Source of the DNA: Octopus bimaculoides
Lineage: Eukaryota
DNA length: 64,000 nt
Direction of reading: 5' to 3'
Assembly (NCBI RefSeq): GCF_001194135.2
Contig: NC_068987.1
Location: 12,704,741 to 12,768,740, forward strand
In this document: piece after piece, positions 1-12,722 of the stretch
Layout of the letters: each line of letters starts with the position of its first letter
How positions within the stretch are numbered: the stretch's first letter is position 1
The notes under the pieces: generated by a model
The model's input: the letters and a program-made list of their open reading frames with translations, nothing else
Databases searched by the model: none
Told to the model about the DNA's origin: nothing
Position numbers and translations under genes: made by a program

Positions 1-250
1 ATTTTTATCTTATACAGAGAAACTATAAAGACACTCTTAAAATATGATACTTCTTCAATATTAATAAGAAGGAATTGTACATTTTATCAGGCACTCTAAC
101 GATTCTGCTAGGTTGGCGAATTAGCAAAATCAGGTACTTGAAGCTTGACTTGATATTTATTTTTATACAAAGTCAATATTAAAGCAACCTCAACCGCGGT
201 AAGCAGATAAAACTGAAACGGGTTTAGAGAGGAGCTATCGCACAGACAGT

Positions 251-626
251 GGAGGTGCAATGGCCCAGTGGTTAGGGCAGCGGACTCGCGGTCATAGGAT
301 TGCGGTTTCGATTCCCAGACTGGGCGTTGTGAGTGTTTATTGAGCGAAAACGCTTAAAGCTCCACAAGGTTCCGGCAGGGGATGGTGGCGAACCCTGCTG
401 TACTATTTCACCACAACTTTCTCTTACTTCCTGTTTCTGTTGTGCCTGTAATTCAAAGGGTCAGCCTTGTTACACTCTGTGTCACGCTGAATATCCCCGA
501 GAACTACGTTAAGGGTACACGTGTCTGTGGAGTGGTCAGCCACTTGCACGTTAATTTCGCGAGCAGGCTGTTCCGTTGATCGGATTAACTGGAACCCTTG
601 ACATCGTAAGCGACGGAGTGCCAACA
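251..626 (+). mobile_element. tRNA-derived SINE, family A (tRNA-Arg-like head), full length with TSD
   Basis: A box TGGCCCAGTGG and B box GTTTCGATTC. Near-identical inverted copy at 42268-42652. TSD ATCGCA(C/T)AGACAG at 237-249 and 634-646. Confidence 0.9.
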
Positions 627-756
627 TACACACATCGCATAGACAGCTGTTAAAATTCATTACCAGCTCAACTGATTTGAATTTGCCATAGTTTCCTGTC
701 AATGTCATTACCACAACACTTAATTATCAATACCGTGACTTGTGAAGACCATAGGG

Positions 757-1055
757 CGGGGTCTTTCAAAGTGGGTTCTGAAAAACCCCAGGGTCATATG
801 AAAATATTTCTGGGATTCTGTGAAATATGACTTTTCTTAATAAAATTTAATAAAAGTTTATAATATAAAACACATGGTATCCATTATATTAAAAAGAATC
901 AGCCATTTGTACTGTTTTTGTTTCATTTAATATTTTTTTTGAAATGAGGGTAGTATAGGGGCATCCGTAAAATATGGGTGAGGGCTTCGCGATTTTTTGA
1001 AAATTGCTCAATGATTTCTGCACCAAAATGATTTTTGTGAATTTGGGAACGGCTG
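757..1055. mobile_element. decayed hAT/Charlie-like MITE
   Basis: Ends CGGGGTCTTTCAAAGTGGG and TTTGGGAACGGCTG resemble the TIRs of the cleaner copy at 51767-52014. No TSD recovered. Confidence 0.45.
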
Positions 1056-1440
1056 CTGAGATGATAGCAGATGAAATTTGTGAATTCCTAATCTTACTTT
1101 CTTTACTTATCTCGATCCTATGAACAGACGATCGCAGTATGATTATGGTATCTTAATACCAGCAGTCCGACCACTTCTTGACTTGACACAGTAATTATTA
1201 CGGAAGACAACGATAAGATGTGTCTATGGACGTAGTAACGTAGGAGTAGACAGGTATGCAAGCGATTTCTCGTTTATTGACTGTGGTGGATGATGATCAA
1301 TGCTTTTGTGAAGAAATCGCATGGATCGTAGATTTAGTCCAACCTCACACACACATGCAAAACACATACATGCGCGCGCACATAGACACAAATACGTATG
1401 GCGTGGTGACTGTGTGTATGTGTGTGTATACGCGTATTTG

Positions 1441-1452
1441 CGTGCGTGTGTG

Positions 1453-1512
<60 letters not shown>

Positions 1513-1530
1513 ATGAGGAAGAGAGAGAGA
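1441..1530. repeat. compound (GT)n/(GA)n microsatellite
   Basis: Directly visible; source of the ERERER and SLSLSL ORFs. Confidence 0.95.
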
Positions 1531-1999
1531 AAACATGCGACAAAGAGGAAGAACTAGACTCTCTCCCGGAAGCTGCATGACAAATTCATTGAGCCTAAGC
1601 AATATTTGTAATCGGTAATTTGTGGGTTCTTCATGACAAAATTACCGTACTATTTCCGATTCAGTTAGCTACATTTCATGCAACATATGATCTTTTTATA
1701 ACCTACATGATGCCAAAGTTGAACAGCTCGTCATTATATTGTGTTTAAAATCCTAATTAAAGTATTAGAATTTACTAATGGCGTCACCAAACCTAAAATA
1801 ACTTTTATAACATCTAAATATTTCAAATCATATACAAGCAATTTACTGTACATGATTTCGTAAATCATAATGTCTAGGAAATATTACTTCGATTTTAAAA
1901 AATAGTTTAACCGTATAATCCATTTCAATTATTCTTTTCGTAACCTCCGGTACCACATTTTTTCTAATACACCCACTGCTTCTTTGCATTTGAAAATGG

Positions 2000-2176
2000 C
2001 CTAGTAGCATTCGTTTTGTCTTTACGTTCTGAGTTCAAATTCTGTCGAGGTCAACTTTGCCTTTCATCCTTTCGGGGTCTATAAAATAAGTACCAGCTGA
2101 GCACTGGGGTCAAAGTAATCGACTAGCTAGAAATTTCGGCCTTATACCTATAGTAGAAAGGATTGTTGTTGTTGTT
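2000..2176 (+). mobile_element. SINE family B (Meta-core-like), 5' decayed
   Basis: B box GAGTTCAAATTC, core GTCAACTTTGCCTTTCATCCTTTCGGGGTC...AAGTACCAG, tail GTAGAAAGGATTGTT. Confidence 0.85.
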
Positions 2177-5100
2177 TCAAGCCTTGTGCCTATATTAAAA
2201 AAGTTATTATTGTTAAAATTTTCAATCTCAGAATATATATATATTTTTTTTATTACTCTGTAACCTTATCATATGAATATCAAGTCCTGCTGTCTTTTAA
2301 GCGGTGGTGTAGGATACAAGAGAAATAATTAAGATAGATAATAGTCGACTTCAAGCACACGAGTTGCGAAAAAATAATACATGAGAAGTTAAAAACTTTC
2401 TTCAACTTTGTAAGTTGTATTCGCTTGTGTATTACCTTCGCATACGTCGCAAAGTTTAATTTAATTTCATAAGTTTAATTTGTTTTTTAATTCAACATTC
2501 TTAGCATTTTCTTTTAAATTAATATCGAGATGTGTTCTTGCCAGAGAGAAACGAATGAATCATCTTGCCTGTGCTTATGCATCTTACCTTTGTACATAAA
2601 CGGTATTGAAAGCGTTCTGATCACATTTCTTATAGTTCCTCCTGATTTAGAGATCTGCTTTGTCTGCTACTAAAAGCTAACGACACAGACAGCTGGGATA
2701 TTAAATGTCAAAATTTCAAGAACCAGAAAGGCTGTTAAATCTCCCACCCGAATCAGATTCGCCGTGCTCATGTATACGTTTGCGTGTTCTTAAAATAACA
2801 ATCAAGCAGAAGTAAGCGATTGTTTTAATTTACTGCTTATTTACGAGATGTTTTCATAGTTTGTTTGTTTTTTCTCTCTGAAATATGCGCTGTTTATTAA
2901 TATAGGTATGTAATATATGCTTATTAATAAAGACGATCTTTCTTGTATTTATATAGAAGTGATAGATATTAATACACTGTCTTCCATCATTTCTTCCGTG
3001 ACAGTGTTTCTAGTGTACTTTAGGTCATGATTACTCCAATTACACAAAGCTCAAGCTGGAGCTACTCGGAATTGTAATAATATTTTGTATGTTCCATAAG
3101 TCAGGAAACAATTTTGCTTATTTAAAATTGCGCTGGTACATAACCAAATGGATCACAAACAATACTAAATAAAAAAAATGTTGCTCCATACATGTATAGA
3201 GAAAAGGGTCTTTTAGATTAGATTTGAACATTCTGCTAATGTGTAAAATACGATTTAGGCATATCATGAAATGTTACTAATACCTGTAATGTACAATGTC
3301 ATACTAAACTTATTCAATTAGAGTTTGTTATATTTTAATATGTAAGATCAAAATAGATTGATAATTGCAATGGAATGTAACGGCAATTTTACCAACAATA
3401 TTCATAAGTTACGTTATAAAGACACCATTTCTTCTGTAGTATCGAATTAACGCCTTTTCTGTCAATTGGAACGGTAACGTCTACCCGATTGCAATGCACC
3501 AAATACCTTTTCCTGAGGAATGCAAACAATTCAAGGCAAACCGAATCTAGCTCTCAATTTCGATTCCAAGTTGAAACTTGCTTTATTGATGCCCTAATGC
3601 CTCCAGGAAAGGAATAAATATGGGAAGTTAATAGTTTCTCATTAAGTATCATATTTATGTAGCATGGTTTCATTTCTTTATAAATTAAATCAACAATTGA
3701 AATAAATTAGATTTGAAAGTTAGATGATGTTAGTTGAGTTGATATTATATTTGTCTATCTACACATGCACACGCACACACATACGCACATATACACACAC
3801 ACGCACGCACGCACACAAGCAAGCACACCCACAGACTCATATACATGTACGCACGAACACACGTAGATTAATGAGAGAAACCGTTTCCCTATTAATCATT
3901 CACATTTTAAAATGGTTGAATACTTTATTGGCAATCACTAAACTACTCTGGTTTACTCGTTTCAATATAATCGTACATTCAACTTCATAGTAACTCGAGG
4001 CTAATCCGATTTAACCTATTGTTTACTCATAAACTACATCTAATCATATTACCAGATCTCAGAAGATTTAGAACTTCATGTTTTAATGATTAATGTTGAC
4101 TTAGTCAAAACGAATTTTATCAAGTAACATTATATTTCCAGATCGTAAATCAAGTTTACTACCAAACTTCAAAATGGAATAAAGTTTGATAATATCCTAA
4201 TAGTTTTAATCTTCTTGTTCATATAAAGTATCCTTACGAGACAAAAGGTGTCATTTCTGGCCAAGAATTACATTTTAGTACTAAAGGATGAGCTTCGTTG
4301 TATAAATGAAGACCGTATAAAATTCCAGAACCTGTTTTCGAATCTTGCTTACCATTTTATTCCACTCACGTCATTAGTGTCCTTGAGAGAAGATTAAATA
4401 GTATAATCTCTTGTTTTTTTTTACTTGGTAAATGTGTTTTTTTATTCCTTTATTTTTTTTAGATAGGTTTCAAGAACCAAGATGTGACGAAATAGAATCC
4501 GAATAAGCGATAACATTTTATATATACCTATTTTTGACTGTTACACTTTTATAGAAAATAATTCAAATAAACGTTTGATAACGTGAACATAGCATCCATA
4601 CATAAATAGTCACACACACATTTGTATACACACAAATGCAATCAGACACGTTCATGCGTTTTGTAAAAGGCAATTAATACTTTCAAATAAATGAGAATAC
4701 ATCCAACGTTCTCATGAACAGGGATATCGACAGACTAACTAAAACTAAAGCAATAACTAAATAAATCCAGGCATCATGGTGTAACTTTGCTAATTTGATA
4801 GCAAAAAAAAGGGTCCAGAAATTAACTCATTAAACAGACATGTTTACATGAGGTTAGTAACAGACTCATCCTAAAACTATTCACTGTATTATGACATTTT
4901 CTAACCATAAAACTGTTGGTCAATTACGTTTAAACAGAGTTCAACAAACGGAGCACACTGCTTATTAACAAAAGATTATGTATTTATATTTATACTATGA
5001 GATGGATAATGGCACCGACATAGATAAGGTAAGATGTTCATCTTGAAACAGCGAACAGCATATCACCTCACACCTTGAAAGATATATATCCTTAACATAC

Positions 5101-7140
5101 AAGAAAAAGAGATAGCTTCTAAGTATCTTATAAAACAGTGAAAATGATACATTGTGATAATAGATATCGTTGTATCAAACCGGCATTGATGCAGACATTA
5201 TCAGTAGTTTCCCCCTCAAATGTCACCACCTTCATGTTTAAGAGGCATGATGTAATAAATATGCGTGAATCATCTTCAAATATCATTCGTATGACTCTTA
5301 CTTCTCTGGAAGAATAGAAGAAATCAACAATTATGGAGGTAGCGAATCCTTTGGTAACATATAGATGAAATATACCAAATATCTTATAAATAAAATAGAA
5401 AATAACGCTTCTAACTACCCCCATTGCAAAATGAGAGTCTAGTCTAGAATGCTTTCTTTTCTCCATCAAACGTCACTTGAAAAGGTCCGGAAAATGCATT
5501 GATATACTGAGAAGTCATTATTACATATAATATTACGTAGGAAGAATTGATGTATCACAAAGATTTTAGGCATCATAAAATTGGAATGCGCCTTTTCTTT
5601 CAAAAATACAAATAATAAAAGGAAAATTTCAATAAAACAGTGCTTGGAACACAACCGACCAGACATTGTTTTCCGGGACATAAAGCAAACGTCAGTTTCT
5701 GTTTTAACAAACATGTTTCGTTCGATGTTACCGTCAATATTAGCAGTGAACTTGAACGGAACGTTAATTATATTTTGTCTATGTGGTTTCATTCGTAAAA
5801 TATAGTAAAAGTTGTATTATTACTTTAGAAAACGTTTACAAAAGATCTAAAAAATATCGGTTTCTCCTAAAATAGCAAAGTTTTACTTGATTCATATTGA
5901 TTTAAGAAATCAGTGGATTCGTTCACGAATGAGCAACAGTTAAGCAAAAACTATAAAACATCTAGCAACCTTTTCATTTGTAGGAACACAAAATGTGTAT
6001 TTGGACACTTACGTATCCATATATAAATATATACACCTATAAACATAATCATAATCTAGTATCACTTTTCGGCATAAAAATCGTGTATTTTACTTGTCCT
6101 GATCAAAATATTTTAGAACAGTCATGTAACTTTCGTACAGTGTGAAGAACAACACAACTGTATGGAACGTTTGGCAGTTATATATGCGTTGTAGAATGTT
6201 AGCTTGGTTTCTATATAACATGTTTTCCCCACATACGTTCCTATTCCATTTGACAATGCTATTTTCTTGATAATATTATTTCTATGTTGTAATAGCCTGG
6301 TAACTTGCCAACAGAGGTCAAGTCTTGTACAATAAAATTTGCCAGATGCAGATTTAGAAAAGGCTTCAGTTATTTTAGACACATTCTGAATATCTAGCAT
6401 CAAACAGGCGAAATCCAAAATTTGTACGTCACGTCTTTCTACGTGTAACAAGTTCTTACAGCAAATTATTGATTGACTTGACACGATGACATTAAATTCT
6501 ATTGAGAGTTTACAGACATAAAGGAACATATGAGCTGAATGTAGAATATGGAAGCGTCAATGTCCTTGGAACTGAATTGGATCTCAGATATAAAGTAGGT
6601 ATCAAAATGCAATGAAGACAATTAAGGTAATTAAATGCATTTCTTTCTACGTTTGTTCCTTTATTTCTATCCTACTTGATCTTTTTGCATTATTTTCTTT
6701 TTATCTGATGCCGACATTTTGTATGAATGCTTTATAGTAATTCCAGCATTAGAACAATCCTGCCAATTATATTCTTTGTTTTGTTAACTTAGATTTTCTT
6801 TTGTTAATAAAACAATGAATTGGATATTACTAGATGCTAATTCTCTTAGAAACACAATAATGAATAATTGGTCAATCCTGTTCCAACTTCTTGAGCCAAC
6901 TTCATGTCTTTCTTTACATAAAGTGGGAATATTTACGAGCATTTTTCATAAGCGTTTTAGGATCCCTTTCTTAGACTCCCGAGTTATGCCTTGTATATTG
7001 TACGTATGTGTTAATCAACATTGCTTACAATCTCTGACTGAATGCCAAGTACAGCAGCCGCTTATACGCAATCTCTTTTCACGTGGAAGAATGCTTCGCA
7101 GACAAGAAGTACATTCTTGTAAAAGGAAGATTTAGATATA

Positions 7141-7339
7141 ACAGCATAGCTTCCCCAATAACGGCATGGCTTCCAATATAACGGTATGACTTCCATAAAA
7201 ACGGCATGATCTTCACAACAAAAGCATGGCTTCCACAAGAACGGCATGGCTTCCACAATGACGGCATGACTTCCATAACAATGGTATGACTTGTGGAATA
7301 AAACCATGGTTTCCACATAAACGGTATAGATTCCACAAT
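7141..7339. repeat. 20-bp minisatellite, about 10 diverged units (ACGGCATGGCTTCCACAATA-like)
   Basis: Units visible at 20-bp spacing. Confidence 0.9.
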
Positions 7340-8034
7340 CTCTCATCAGATAGGATAAGATCAGATTACCTTCAGCAAGATTTAAAATTGAGGCTCTTAT
7401 TCAAATTAGGTCTATACGACTGAGCAGTTACTATTTTTGTAACTAACTTTCAGTAAGAATGATTGTAATTGACAGGATATAAATTCTTATCCAAAATCGT
7501 ATCTCAAAGCTCATTAAGTATCTTTGCCAAGTGAAAAATTGTTAGCCACCCTAAAAATTTCAAACAGCAATTTTTCGGGTACCTACATATTTGCCTTTCT
7601 AAATTGAATAACAGCATAGGTAATACTTTCTTCAGATTGTTCCAGTTGAGCTGGCTGTTGATTGTAAAGTTTCCGATTGCGTAGTCATATCCAGTATGCC
7701 ACCTATTTTAATACAAGTCTACTGATTCTAGTTTGTATTCAATGTACGAGGTCTAAATTGCTATGCAACTACATATAAGACTACATATATAACATCAATG
7801 TATATATTTTACTTGAGCCCTTAGACTCATAAGGACGGTTACTCAGTTTACATGGCGTATAAGTGACCAAGATCACAAGTTCCACTTGATCTGGACACCG
7901 GTTTATTGCAGAGTTCAAGACCATCAGTTTTGAAGGGAAGTGACTAGATGTCTACATCGATCCTAGTGCTTGACTGGTATTTCATTTTATCGAAAGAACA
8001 GATGAAACGTAAATTTCAATTCGTCAATGTTAAA

Positions 8035-8183
8035 CGCGAGCAAAACATTTCATTCCACGTCGCTCCGGTCCACTCAGCTGTAAATTAGTGACCCTGTAAT
8101 GGACTGGTGTCCCGGTTCCCGGTCAGGGAGAAATGTTGTAATCTCGATTACTTATTCGCCATGTAAACCGTGTACCCGGCCCT
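8035..8183 (+). mobile_element. V-domain-like SINE fragment (family D)
   Basis: GCTCCGGTCCACTCAGCTG...ACCCTGTAATGGACTGGTGTCCCG resembles the V-SINE core CCTGCGATGGACTGGCGTCCCGTCCAG. Related fragments at 25626 and 27372. Confidence 0.6.
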
Positions 8184-8636
8184 TTAAATTCTATACATAT
8201 ATATATATGTATGTATGTATGTATTTAGATATAAATATATATATATAAATAAATATATACATATATATATATATANNNNNNNNNNNNNNNNNNNNNNNNN
8301 NNNNNNNNNNNNNNNNNNNNNNNNNNNNNNNNNNNNNNNNNNNNNNNNNNNNNNNNNNNNNNNNNNNNNNNNNNNNNNNNNNNNNNNNNNNNNNNNNNNN
8401 NNNNNNNNNNNNNNNNNNNNNNNNNNNNNNNNNNNNNNNNNNNNNNNNNNNNNNNNNNNNNNNNNNNNNNNNNNNNNNNNNNNNNNNNNNNNNNNNNNNN
8501 NNNNNNNNNNNNNNNNNNNNNNNNNNNNNNNNNNNNNNNNNNNNNNNNNNNNNNNNNNNNNNNNNNNNNNNNNNNNNNNNNNNNNNNNNNNNNNNNNNNN
8601 NNNNNNNNNNNNNNNNNNNNNNNNNNNNNNNNNNNN

Positions 8637-8668
<32 letters not shown>

Positions 8669-9506
8669 TTATATATATATACGTATATATATATATATGT
8701 GTGTGTGTGTATGTGTGTGTGTGTGTGTATTAGTAGATGACTGATTTAGGTTGCTGAGACACAGTATGTAGTTTAACAAAATAACCCGGTAGAAACACCT
8801 GTCTACAGTTGTCCTCTCATCTCTCAAGACAATAAGCATGTTCTTTTTTTTAATGGCACATTGACTTTGGAGAAATTCTTGACTCTTGGGATTATCTCCC
8901 CTTCTTATATAGAATTGGTCTAGATTACCATCCAACTAATTATAACACGCCCTTTATAGATGGAAATAGTTGTAATAAACCAAGAACTTATGTTGTATGG
9001 TATTTCATACACTTATATTTGTCTAATATTGCATTTCATACTTTAGCAAGAGCAAATTAATTTGAACATATTGAGTATATCTTATTTGTACTTTATTACA
9101 TAATTGTAAAGTAGAGTTCCGTAACTAATTTTGAATGCTGAGGCACCGTATATAGTTTGACGTGAGCATAAGAAGCTGGTAACGTTTGTCTCAATGCGCC
9201 ACTGGCCACAGCTGAATTAACATCTTTAGAGAGAATAAATTGATACTAAAATATTTCGTAAATATATTAACATAAGCAAAACAGAAATTCGAAATAAATT
9301 ACCACAAATTCAAAATAATCACAAAATTGGACCACTCACTCATACTCTACAACACTCGCCGCTTAAATATTAACTATTATGAAACTAAATTTTGGTATTA
9401 ACTTTGCAGTATCATATTTAAGAATGGTATGATGGATTCATTAGGTTTCCAAGTGCTTAGCTTTCATCCACTACCTTCATCATATAGAACCTAACACACA
9501 CATACA

Positions 9507-9553
<47 letters not shown>

Positions 9554-10980
9554 GAAATAGATTTCATGGTCCTAATACGATAGATAATTTATAAAGTCGT
9601 TAGTATTTTGAGTGAGTGTACGGTTATTGGTCTAATATTCTATCTTGTGTCATTTCACTGTGGTTGCTCACATAAACGTAAGACCATATATAAAGACTTC
9701 TTTTTTTAAAAAAGATCTAGTAGAATCTTTAACATGTTAATTAAATGCTGGAATTCGGGTCATTTGATTATTTCAAAGAGATTATTTCGAGCATATGCGA
9801 TTAGACAAATGAGTGATGTTTTTATTTAGAAATGGAGATATAGATATAACAGATCTGTTCAAGTGAAGTGTGACAATGAATGTTCAAACAAACAGAGGAC
9901 GCTGTAGTAATTCTAAAAGCTTAGAACTCCAAAATTAGATATTATTTGTAACGAATGGTCTACTATTCGAGCATAGGGTATTTCTTTCTTTTGATACGGT
10001 CTAATATTTGATTGAGTACAGCTGGCACATCGTATCATCTAGTAAGTTCTGGTACCGCAAAGAAGTAACCTTTATAAAAAGCAAGTAACTTTTAGATCAC
10101 AAAAGGAATCCAGATTATCTCTCAGTATTTGTAACTTCAGATTCTGCCTTCGCATTTAATGAACGGAACCTAATTTTGTAGATAACTACATGTATGAATT
10201 TGTGTACGAGATGGATTTCCAAACGTGACAGAGTAATCAAGACTGTATAGAGATTGTTATGTGGTTTACGAACAGACGAATTAAAGTGTTTCTAAAAGGG
10301 AACTAATGTTTTTGATTTGTTCGTACATATTACTTGAGCTCCTTTTCAGAATATATTGGAGATCTTAGTTAATGAAAGATATGTTTGTGAGAGATTTAAT
10401 GTTTACGACCGGGTGTTGCTTTTGATTGGATGAGAAGGAAGATAATAAGAGAGAAAGGGAAATAGAGAGAGGATATACGTGATGCCTTTACCAACGTATA
10501 AATGTGAACGTTTTCTTTTAATGTAGCAACAAATACCAATGGGTACTGACTATTTTTGCCTCAGGAAAGAAATTAACATGGTATTTTTCTTCTTATTCTA
10601 AAAGCAAAGAGAAACTAAGCGGGCAGTTAACAGTTTCTAAATGAGAACATTAGCATCAATACACGAAATAAGTTTTTTCCGACCAACTGGAAAGTTTTGA
10701 GAATGTAGTAAGATATTGTGTTTTATACAGGATATAAGCTAGAGCTCACACCGCACTTTAATGAATGTAGATCAGGAATGCTTCTAAATAGCACTTCATC
10801 TAAGCTTTTCCCCATCTGTAAAAAATTAGGAAAACTGTGCTGGCGATTCTCAAAGAAAAACCAAGATTGAGTGGATAAAATGTTAATTTCTCAGTGGAAA
10901 GATCATGTGTTTATACCTTGCCTTCAGTGCTATTGTACGGGAGAACAAGCACAAGCATATGATATATATATATATATAAT

Positions 10981-11133
10981 GGGATTCCATACAGTTTCCC
11001 CTCCCCAAATTCACTCAGAAGTTATTAGTCGGTCCTGCGAGCTATAGTAGGAGACACTTGCCGAAGGTATCACACAGTGGGACTGAAACCGAAACCTCAT
11101 GGTGGCAAAACGAGCTTCTTAACCATACGGCCA
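10981..11133 (-). mobile_element. CORE-like SINE (family C), 5' half
   Basis: Reverse complement gives a tRNA head followed by GGTTTCAGTCCCACTGTGTGATACCTTCGGCAAGTGTC (CORE-like). Homologous to 62780-62936. Confidence 0.75.
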
Positions 11134-12081
11134 CGTTTTCCGGTCTTAATCTACTAAGTTGAAAGTGGTTATCTGTGGAGGAACGATAATCTGGTAAATC
11201 ACAAAGGATTGTTTGGATGATGATCTATCTAACTTTATCTAGTTCAAATTTAGCATTATCCACGTTTAACTATTTATTTATCAATAGGGAAGCTGCACCT
11301 AAGAGGAATTCCGAATTCTTTGAATGCTACTTAGATTTAGAACACTCCTCACACACACACACACTTCGCCCCCCCCCTCTCTGTTACTCTTTCTCGCATA
11401 ACATGACTATGCTCCGTCTTGCATTACTAACTTAAATTATATACAGGTGTCTGGTTAGATGAGAAACGATAACATCTACATAAGAACAGTTTTTCTGTTT
11501 TTGTAAGCGATATGCATGTGACTATATATATCACAAGCTAGAATATTAAGGAAATATTGGAGTTTCATCTCTCATAGATATCATGTGGGTGAAATTACTA
11601 CTTGTTCTTTTTACAGGGATGCAATAAGATATGTCATTCATGTATTTCAAACGATATTAGCAACACCTATTAAATCGATTTTTTTTTCTGGAATAAATAA
11701 TGGCTTTCACATCCAGATATTCGGGAACTTATCTTTTTTTTTTTTTTTTTTAGTTTACCAAAAGTAAGAAATACTTATTGAGCTTAGTATTGGCATCGTC
11801 GACATATTTTACTAGATTAAATTGACCCATCTACTTAAGTAGTACTGAATTATAACGACCCAGAAAGAGTGGAATGCAAAATTGATCTTGGTACTTTTTA
11901 ATGGTCCCTAGCGTCTTGATTTGAACCCAGAACATCAGGGCCCAGAAATAAATATTTTAAGCCATCATGACATATGCTCTACAAATTATGCTAATCTGCC
12001 ATCTTAAATTCAACCAGCTTTCTAGTAATTCATATTGCAGCGTTTTCCTATACTTGCTGTCTTCTCTCGCGCCTTGCGCGA

Positions 12082-12234
12082 CAATGGCGTAGCTAGTGTG
12101 TATACTGCCCGAGGCAGCCCTTGAATTTGCTACCCCACTGTGCCCTCAAGCTTATGCAGGCTTATGTACAGAACAAACAGCGCCACCTCCATAAAAGTAT
12201 CCACCCCCTCGCCATTTCACCAACTATGCTACTG
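12082..12234. mobile_element. possible small MITE with CAGTGGCGTAGC-type TIRs
   Basis: Left end CAATGGCGTAGCTAG; right end reverse-complements to CAGTAGCATAGTTG. GC-rich interior; no TSD. Confidence 0.35.
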
Positions 12235-12595
12235 CTGTGTGAGGTCATTCACCCCCTCGTACTTTTTTTTAAAGTATCGTTTTATAAAATGTTCTTTCTT
12301 CGATGAATTCTAATTTTCGCTAAAGAAAGAGTTGGGGGGAACTAACTGAATATATTGCCAGACATATAAGGCAATCAAATCAAAAGACCCAGTCTTCGGT
12401 GAGGTAGCATTCTTATAGCTGAGAATAAAATATCTTACATTGATTTAAGTGCAAATACTTATACTGATTTGATAAAGTTGATTGAATGTAGCTCAGTATT
12501 TCATTAAGATATCGACCCCGGTGGAAAAAAATATAAGATTTATATTCAGAATACAAAAGGGGCGCTACTGGTTAGAGCAACGATGCTCCGTCTGG

Positions 12596-12722
12596 CAGGT
12601 CAACTTTGCCTTTCATCCTTTCAAGGTCGATAAAACAAATGCCAATTGAGCCCTGGGCCTCGATGTAATTGACTTACCCCCTCCCGAAATTGCTGGCCTT
12701 GTGCCAAAATTTGAATCCAATA
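12596..12722 (+). mobile_element. SINE family B, 3' half
   Basis: GTCAACTTTGCCTTTCATCCTTTCAAGGTCGATAAAA...GGCCTTGTGCCAAAATTTGAA. Confidence 0.8.

Noticed and set aside
382-714. ORFs of 65-96 aa, repeated at 42183-42801
   Set aside because: They lie within SINE family A and recur only because the SINE recurs.
5002-5034. ATG GAT AAT GGC ACC GAC ATA GAT AAG|GTAAGA (MDNGTDIDK plus donor)
   Set aside because: Too short to distinguish from chance; no linked exons.
5128-5792. Two minus-strand ORFs overlapping by ATGA, resembling bacterial translational coupling
   Set aside because: No recognisable domains and AT-rich eukaryotic context. The plus strand has LEHNRPDIVFRD (about 5644-5680), suggesting a decayed RLE LINE remnant whose antisense happens to be open.
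6122-6529. 135-aa minus ORF ending CCSSHC
   Set aside because: No family motif or convincing splice signals recognised; the length is reachable by chance.
7295-7360. Minus-strand CTGATGAG with a small hairpin and a downstream GAAAC
   Set aside because: GAAA is not adjacent to the hairpin and no matching substrate strand or stem I exists; not a hammerhead.
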